From assembly GCA_963798085.1 (NCBI GenBank), contig CAWCRS010000007.1:512001-576000 (forward strand): a stretch of 64,000 bases of DNA, written 5' to 3'. This document shows positions 57,794-64,000 of the stretch, piece by piece. Origin of the DNA: an uncultured Gemmatimonadales bacterium. Its GTDB lineage: Bacteria > Gemmatimonadota > Gemmatimonadetes > Longimicrobiales > RSA9. Under the pieces are notes generated by a model. It was given only the letters and a program-made list of their open reading frames with translations, searched no databases and was not told where the DNA came from. Position 1 is the first letter of the stretch. Every line of letters starts with the position of its first letter. The translations under genes and the position numbers were made by a program.

Positions 57794-58465
57794 ATGAAAA
57801 TCGCAGTTCTCGGTACGGGCATGGTGGGCACCACACTGGGGAGCAAGCTGGTCGCCATGGGCCATCAGGTGTGCATGGGCGCCAGGAACGCAGCCAACGA
57901 GAAGGCGGCGGCGTGGTCGTCACTGGCGGGAAAAGGTGCGTCGCATGACACCTTTGCGGGCGCCGCCGCGTTCGGTGAAACCGCGCTGAACTGCACCGCC
58001 GGACACGCGTCGCTGGAGGCGCTCGCCATGGCGGGCAGTGCCAACCTGAACGGCAAGATCCTCATCGATGTGGCGAACCCGCTCGACTTCTCGAAGGGGA
58101 TGCCGCCCACGCTGACCGTGTGCAACACGGATTCGCTCGGCGAACAGATTCAGCGCGCGCTTCCCGACGTGAAGGTGGTGAAGACGCTGAACACGGTGAA
58201 CCACCTGCTGATGGTGAATCCCGCGCAGGTGCCCGGCAATCACAACATTTTCGTTTCCGGCAATGATGCCGGCGCGAAAGTGCAGGTGCGGCGCTGGCTG
58301 GCGGAATGGTTCGGGTGGAAGCCGGAGAACGTCCTCGATATCGGCGACATCAAGAGCGCGCGCGGCGTGGAGATGTTCCTGCCGCTGTGGCTGCGTCTCA
58401 TCAGTCTTACCGGCAGCCCCATGTTCAACGTGGAGATGGTACGCGGTGTCACCCCCAGAGCGTGA
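57794..58465 (+). CDS. NADPH-dependent F420 reductase family oxidoreductase
   Basis: GGAGG RBS; MKIAVLGTGMVG, LIDVANP, VVKTLN. Confidence 0.9.
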   Translation: MKIAVLGTGMVGTTLGSKLVAMGHQVCMGARNAANEKAAAWSSLAGKGASHDTFAGAAAFGETALNCTAGHASLEALAMAGSANLNGKILIDVANPLDFSKGMPPTLTVCNTDSLGEQIQRALPDVKVVKTLNTVNHLLMVNPAQVPGNHNIFVSGNDAGAKVQVRRWLAEWFGWKPENVLDIGDIKSARGVEMFLPLWLRLISLTGSPMFNVEMVRGVTPRA

Positions 58466-58481
58466 ACCCGAGAGGAGCGAC

Positions 58482-59024
58482 ATGAGTGCCTACACCGGAC
58501 GGCCCGCCGCCGACGAGTACGTGCCTGCGTTCGGCGGCTACATCGGACATGTGCCCGCGGGCGACATTGTGGAGATCATGCGGCAGCAGTTGAGCGGCAC
58601 GCGTGCGCTGCTCGAGCCGCTGACCACCGCCCAGGCAGAGTTCGCGTACGGGCCCGACAAGTGGACGATCAAGGAAGTGGTGGGCCACCTGGGCGACACC
58701 GAGCGGGTCATGGGTTACCGTGCGCTGCGCTTCGCGCGCGGCGACGAAACACCCCTCGCGGGTTTCGACGAAAACGCGTGGGTGCCGGCGGCCAGCTTCA
58801 ACCAGCGCACCATGCGCGAGCTGCTGGACGAGCTGGTGACCGTGCGTGCGGCCAGCGCGGCACTCTTCAGCGGACTGCCCATCGACACCTGGGAACGACG
58901 CGGCACTTCCAACGGCCGCACGTTCAGTGTGCGCGCGCTCGCCTGCATCATCACGGGCCACGAGCTGCATCATCGCGACATCCTGAAGACGCGCTACCTG
59001 GCCTCGCCCGCGTTTCCGCGCTGA
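58482..59024 (+). CDS. DinB family protein
   Basis: GAGGAG RBS; KWTIKEVVGHLGDTER, GHELHH. Confidence 0.9.
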   Translation: MSAYTGRPAADEYVPAFGGYIGHVPAGDIVEIMRQQLSGTRALLEPLTTAQAEFAYGPDKWTIKEVVGHLGDTERVMGYRALRFARGDETPLAGFDENAWVPAASFNQRTMRELLDELVTVRAASAALFSGLPIDTWERRGTSNGRTFSVRALACIITGHELHHRDILKTRYLASPAFPR

Positions 59025-59034
59025 CCGCGGCCGC

Positions 59035-61455
59035 ATGTCACGGAACCCGCCCGGGCGCGAAGCGACGTCGGTGAAGGCGCAGCGGCGCGGGCTGTCCGCG
59101 CTGCTCTCCTGGCTGCGCAGTGATGTGCAACTCGCGGCCCGCTCGCTGGCGCGGGCGCCCGGTTTCGCGCTGCTGGCCGTCATCGTGCTCGGCCTGGGCC
59201 TGGCCGCGGCGGCGCTGGTCTTTGCCCTCCTTAACACAGTGCTATGGCGGCCGCTGCCCTGGGCCCATGCTGATGAGCTCTACCAGGTAATGGTGCGGCG
59301 CGGGCCGACGGGGCGGGAATACTCGTCGACGCAGGTGGAGCGGTCCATCGTGGAGCAGTGGCGCGCGCGGGCCGCGGATGGCGTACGCCTGGTGGCCAGC
59401 AACGAGCAGCGCCACGAGACCGTGTTCTACCTGACCGGGACGGCGCAGCCGGAGCGCGTGCTGGGCGCGTTCGTCTCGCCGGATTTCTTCGATGTGCTGG
59501 GCACGCATGCGCTGCGCGGTCGCGGCTTCGGCAGTGCGGACGGCGCACAGGTCGCCGTGATCGCGTACCGCTTGTGGGTGCGCGCGTTCGGCAGCGACCG
59601 CAACGTCATCGGCCGCACCGTGAACGTGAACGGCACGCCCTGCACCATTGTGGGCGTCATGGCGGAGGACTTTCTGCCCTTGCCGCCGCTGCTGCGCGTG
59701 GAGGTCGACGAGCGAGCCAATGTGTGGGTGCCGCTGCCCGGCGGGGTGGCGGACGGCGCCGGCTACGATCGCGTGATTGTGCGCGTACCTGCGGGTGTGG
59801 CGCGGCCGGCTGTGGAAGCGTCGCTGTTTCAGCTCGCGCGCACGGTCGCCGGCGGCGACCGTGTTTCGGGAATCGAGCTGGCTTCGCTGCGCGATCTGCT
59901 GGTGGGCGCAGCCCGCCCGGGCATGGCCATTGTGGCGCTCGCCGCCGTGCTGACCGTGCTGTTAGCGTGCACCAGCATCAGTGCCGTGCAGATGGCGCGC
60001 TTCACGGCCAGGCGGGCGGAAGCCAGCGTGCGCTCGGCGCTGGGTGCCAGTCGTGGCCGCGTGTTCGTGCACCTCGCGGCGGAGGGCATCGTGCTGGCCG
60101 TTGCCGGCGCGGCAGGCGGACTGCTGCTCGCGCTCTGGGGCCTGGGGCTGCTGCGTGCCATTGCGCCGGCCGGTCTGCCTCGCCTCGACCAGCTCCGCCT
60201 GGGCGGCGGCGCCATCGGCTTCACCCTGGCGCTGGCCGCCGTGGCCGGACTGGGCACCACCATCGTTCCCGCGGCACTCGTGGCTCGCGACGCGCGCGCC
60301 GTGGTGACGCGCAGCACCGGCATCACCGCCGCGCCCGGCCTGCAGCGCACGCGCGAGGCGCTGGTCGTGCTGCAGATCATGCTGGCGCTCGCCCTGCTGG
60401 CGGGGACCGGCCTGCTGCTGCGGAGCATGGAGCGGCTGCAGCGCATGGAAGCCGGTGTGCAGCAGGCTGGTGTCACGGTCATCGACGTGCCTCGCCGGCG
60501 TGAGGGCAACAGGCCCGCCGATGCGCCGTCGTTCTACGCCGAGCTGGTGCGCCGGGTGCGCGCGCTGCCCGGCGTCACGCACGCGACGCTTGCCAGCTCG
60601 GTGCCGTTCCGCCCGCGCGACTATTACGCACCCGATTATCGCCAGCGGTTGATCGACCGTGACTACTTCGGGACGCTCGGCATACCGGTGCTCGACGGTC
60701 GGGACTTCGATGAACGGGATGAGGGCGCCAGCGACCGCGTCGCGGTGATCAACCAGGCGCTGGCTGACAGGCTGTTTGCCAGCGTCGACCCCGTGGGCCG
60801 GCGGGTGGACGACGTCACCGTCGTGGGCGTGGTTGCGGATGTGCACCATGAGAGCCTGGAGGAAGCGGCGCAGCCGGCACTGTACCTGCCCCTGGCGCAG
60901 CAGCCGGATGACCGACTGTCGCTGCTCGTGCGTTCCGCGCTTCCCGCGGCGCAGCTGATCACGGCCGTGCGCGGCGAGGTGGCTGCGCTGGACGCGGATC
61001 AGCCCATCGCGGGCGTGCGTTCGCTCAGCGAAATCGTGGAACGCTCGAGTGCCGTGAGCCGGCGACGCTTCCCGCTTCGCGTGCTGGTCATGATGGCCGC
61101 GTTTGCGGCTCTGCTGGCCACGCTGGGCGTGTACGGCATCGCGGCGCACTCGGTGGTGCAGCGCACGGCCGAGTTCGGGATTCGCGCATCACTGGGCGCC
61201 ACCCGCCGCGACCTGATGGCGATCGTGCTGCGCGGCGCCCTGCGCATGGCCGGCCTGGGCGTGATCGGCGGCGGCATACTGGCCCTGGCCTTCGGCCGTT
61301 CGCTGCGCAGCGTGCTGTTTCAGGTGGACGCGGTGGATCCGGGCGCACTGGGTGCGGCGGCCGCGTTACTGGTGGCGGCGACGCTGTGCGCCTGCCTGCT
61401 GCCGGCCCGCCGCGCCGCGACCATTGACCCGGCGCTGGCGCTGCGGCGTGAGTAG
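59035..61455 (+). CDS. ADOP/MacB-type ABC permease
   Basis: RSLARAPGF, RSALGASRGR, EFGIRASLGA, IDPALALRRE. Confidence 0.9.
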   Translation: MSRNPPGREATSVKAQRRGLSALLSWLRSDVQLAARSLARAPGFALLAVIVLGLGLAAAALVFALLNTVLWRPLPWAHADELYQVMVRRGPTGREYSSTQVERSIVEQWRARAADGVRLVASNEQRHETVFYLTGTAQPERVLGAFVSPDFFDVLGTHALRGRGFGSADGAQVAVIAYRLWVRAFGSDRNVIGRTVNVNGTPCTIVGVMAEDFLPLPPLLRVEVDERANVWVPLPGGVADGAGYDRVIVRVPAGVARPAVEASLFQLARTVAGGDRVSGIELASLRDLLVGAARPGMAIVALAAVLTVLLACTSISAVQMARFTARRAEASVRSALGASRGRVFVHLAAEGIVLAVAGAAGGLLLALWGLGLLRAIAPAGLPRLDQLRLGGGAIGFTLALAAVAGLGTTIVPAALVARDARAVVTRSTGITAAPGLQRTREALVVLQIMLALALLAGTGLLLRSMERLQRMEAGVQQAGVTVIDVPRRREGNRPADAPSFYAELVRRVRALPGVTHATLASSVPFRPRDYYAPDYRQRLIDRDYFGTLGIPVLDGRDFDERDEGASDRVAVINQALADRLFASVDPVGRRVDDVTVVGVVADVHHESLEEAAQPALYLPLAQQPDDRLSLLVRSALPAAQLITAVRGEVAALDADQPIAGVRSLSEIVERSSAVSRRRFPLRVLVMMAAFAALLATLGVYGIAAHSVVQRTAEFGIRASLGATRRDLMAIVLRGALRMAGLGVIGGGILALAFGRSLRSVLFQVDAVDPGALGAAAALLVAATLCACLLPARRAATIDPALALRRE

Positions 61456-61517
61456 ATGAAAGATTGCCCGCGGCCGGCCGACCATCGACACGGACACCCG
61501 AGCGGGAACTGGTGACC

Positions 61518-62690
61518 ATGAATGCCTCGCCCGCATTGCATGCGCGCGCACGCGGCTGCGCCGGTCTGCTTCCCGTGCTCCTGCTGCTGGCGGGGACCGC
61601 CGCCATGGCACAGCAGCGCGGACAGCAGCAGGGTCAGCGCGGCCAGCGGCCGCCTCGCCCGCAGGTGGCGATGGACTCGGCGCGCGCCGCGGAGCTGTAC
61701 GTCAGCAACCGGCCGGAAGACGCGCCGCCCGCCAACTATGCGCGCGACATGGAGGCCAAGGCCGCGACCGACAGTATCTACGCGGCGCGCACGGCCGGCA
61801 TCATCGATTTCCGCAGGATCCGCTATCGCAGCAGCGTGGGCGACATGGAAATCCCCGCCTACCTGTTCCAGCCGCTGCAGAAGCGCGGGCCCAAGGGGCA
61901 TGCCGCCATGATCTGGGTGCACGGCGGCGTGCACGGCAACTGGGGCGAGACCATGTGGCCGTTCGTGCGCGAGGCCGTGCAGCGCGGCTACGTCATCATA
62001 ACACCGGATTATCGTGGCAGCACCGGCTATGGCAAGGAGTTCCACGAAGCCATCGACTACGGCGGCAATGAAGTCGACGACGTGCTGACCGCCTACGACT
62101 GGATGGTGCAGAATCTGCCTCACGTGGATCCCGACCGCGTCGGCATCATGGGCTGGAGCCATGGCGGCTTCATCACGCTGCACTCGGTAATGCGCGACAG
62201 CACGCCCTTCAAGGCGGCGGCGGCCATCGTTCCCGTCACCAACCTCGTGTTCCGGCTGTCGTACAAGGGCCCGGGCTACCAGCGCCAGTACGCCACGCAG
62301 CAGAACATCCAGGGCCTGCCCTTCGAGAAGCGCGACGTGTACATCCAGCGCTCCCCGCTCTACCTGGTGCCCAGACTGCACACGCCGCTGCTCGTGCATG
62401 TGGCGACCAACGACGAGGACGTGAATTTCGTGGAGGACCAGCAGCTGATCTGGGCGCTGCGCGCGCAGAAACCGGACATCACGGAGACCAAGATCTACGT
62501 GGACCCGGACCCGTGGGGCGCGAGTGTGGGTCACGCGTTCAGCCGGCGCGTGGATCCGAATACGCTGGAGCGCGTCGATTCGCCCGCCCAGCGCGATTCC
62601 TGGAATCGCACCTGGACGTTCTTCGAGGAACACCTGCGGCCGTACGAGGATCGCTCGAAACCGCCCAGCACGTCGACCGGATCGCACTGA
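61518..62690 (+). CDS. S9 (prolyl oligopeptidase family) secreted serine peptidase
   Basis: Signal peptide; VHGG, PDYRGSTGYG, GWSHGG nucleophile, DEDV, GHAF. Confidence 0.9.
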   Translation: MNASPALHARARGCAGLLPVLLLLAGTAAMAQQRGQQQGQRGQRPPRPQVAMDSARAAELYVSNRPEDAPPANYARDMEAKAATDSIYAARTAGIIDFRRIRYRSSVGDMEIPAYLFQPLQKRGPKGHAAMIWVHGGVHGNWGETMWPFVREAVQRGYVIITPDYRGSTGYGKEFHEAIDYGGNEVDDVLTAYDWMVQNLPHVDPDRVGIMGWSHGGFITLHSVMRDSTPFKAAAAIVPVTNLVFRLSYKGPGYQRQYATQQNIQGLPFEKRDVYIQRSPLYLVPRLHTPLLVHVATNDEDVNFVEDQQLIWALRAQKPDITETKIYVDPDPWGASVGHAFSRRVDPNTLERVDSPAQRDSWNRTWTFFEEHLRPYEDRSKPPSTSTGSH

Positions 62691-62698
62691 CCCGGGGC

Positions 62699-63331
62699 AT
62701 GCCCGCTGACGCCAGCGACACCGCGCGCATCGAAGCGTTCAGTGATGGCGTGTTCGCCATCGCCATCACGCTGCTGGTGCTGGACCTCAAGGTGCCGAAG
62801 GACACGACCACGTCCGCCGAGCTGGCGCGTGCGCTGGTGGCGCAGTGGCCGTCCTATTTCGCGTTCCTCACCAGCTTCGCCACCATCGGCATCATGTGGA
62901 TCAACCACCACCGGCTGTTCACGCTCATCCGGCGCTCCGATCACATCCTGAATCTGCTCAACATGCTGTTATTGCTGGGCGTGACCGTGACGCCGTTCCC
63001 CACTTCATTGCTGGCCGAGTACGTGGGACGCAATGGCGAGAAACTCGCCGCCTGGATCTACAGCGGCACCTTCGTGGTGATTTCCTTCCTCTTCAACCTG
63101 CTCTGGCACTACGCTGCCGCGGGGCGCCGCCTGATTGGCGAAGGGGTGCCGCCCGCGGAAGTGGAGGCGCAGAGCCGGCAGTACCTGGCGGGCCCGCTCT
63201 TCTATCTGATCGCCGCGGCGGTCGTACCCGTGAGCGTGCCGCTGTGCATTGCCGTCGCGCTCGGGCTGGCCGTCTTCTTCGGGCTGCCCTTCGGCCGGAA
63301 GGCGCGGGTCAGGCCTCGACGCGCAGCGTAG
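62699..63331 (+). CDS. TMEM175 family K+ channel-like protein
   Basis: RIEAFSDGVFAIAITLLVL and WINHH signatures. Confidence 0.92.
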   Translation: MPADASDTARIEAFSDGVFAIAITLLVLDLKVPKDTTTSAELARALVAQWPSYFAFLTSFATIGIMWINHHRLFTLIRRSDHILNLLNMLLLLGVTVTPFPTSLLAEYVGRNGEKLAAWIYSGTFVVISFLFNLLWHYAAAGRRLIGEGVPPAEVEAQSRQYLAGPLFYLIAAAVVPVSVPLCIAVALGLAVFFGLPFGRKARVRPRRAA

Positions 63332-64000
63332 CCGCCGGGTCCATGCGGGCCGCGCGCCGCGCGGGGCGCCAGCTGGCCAGCAATGCAATGGCCGACAGCA
63401 GAGCAGCCGAGCTGATCAGCGCAAGCGGATCGCGCGGGCTGATGCCGAAGAGCATGCCGCGCAGCAGACTCGCCTGACTCAGCGCCAGCCCCAGCCCGAG
63501 CGCAGTACCCGTCAGCGCGATCAGCAGGCCCCGGCGCAACACCACCGCCACCACCGCGGACTCCGTCGCACCCACCGCCATGCGGATGCCGAATTCGCGC
63601 CGCCGCTCGGACACCGCACAGGAAACCACGCCGTACAAACCCACACCGGAGAGCACCGTGCCGATCGCGGCGAGCAGACCGAGCAGCAGCAGTGCGAAGC
63701 GAGACTCGGCACTGGATGCGTCCAGCAGCTGTCGTTCGGCAAGGATGTCCAGCGGCAGCAGAGCATCCACGTCGTGCACGACGCGCCGGATGGCGGCGCT
63801 TCCCGCCGCAGCGCCGCCACTGGAGCGCGCCACAAGGAACATCGTGCTGAAAGCCGTGGGCGCGTAGATCTCGGGCTGCCAGTCTTCACTCAGCGCACTG
63901 TACTTCGTGTTGCTCACGACACCCGCGATCTCGACATCATTGCCCATCAGATTGACGTGCTGCCCCAGCACATTCCCGGTGGCAAAGAAGCGGCGCGCGT
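63309..64000 (-). CDS. ADOP/MacB-type ABC permease, C-terminal part (start beyond window)
   Basis: GLYGVVS, RRREFGIRMAVGA, MDPAATLRVE. Confidence 0.9.
   Translation of the reverse strand, partial: ARRFFATGNVLGQHVNLMGNDVEIAGVVSNTKYSALSEDWQPEIYAPTAFSTMFLVARSSGGAAAGSAAIRRVVHDVDALLPLDILAERQLLDASSAESRFALLLLGLLAAIGTVLSGVGLYGVVSCAVSERRREFGIRMAVGATESAVVAVVLRRGLLIALTGTALGLGLALSQASLLRGMLFGISPRDPLALISSAALLSAIALLASWRPARRAARMDPAATLRVEA

Overview
High-GC bacterial chromosomal window with about 40 genes. I found no rRNA, tRNA, CRISPR array, transposase or integrase. Gene content (ADOP-type ABC permeases, acidobacterial PadR, RGG-rich secreted proteins, orphan plug proteins) suggests Gemmatimonadota or Acidobacteriota; this is inference. 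The left 25 kb is a tripartite exporter locus: TolC, a MacA-like adaptor, one MacB/LolD-type ATPase, five ATPase-less ~800-aa permeases, PadR, an AlkZ-like glycosylase, a CTP-dependent kinase-like membrane protein and an NtrC/histidine-kinase pair. Two more permeases lie at the right end. The rest holds an ECF/anti-sigma/DUF4097 triplet, a c-di-GMP protein, peptidases, TamB-TamA, a large Asp-box protein and ClpP. Main unexplained signals: (1) three or four single-base insertions that all restore the motif CATCTG, three of them CATCTGG[A/C]T, probably a systematic and possibly modification-linked sequencing error; (2) two sigma54-type promoters sharing enhancer, IHF-like site and spacing, both with a non-canonical -12 box (TTCC); (3) two PadR classes with two distinct palindromic operators, each in front of a permease with a different N-terminal prefix domain; (4) several proteins with substituted catalytic residues; (5) several intergenic repeat families and a 202-bp inverted-repeat element.
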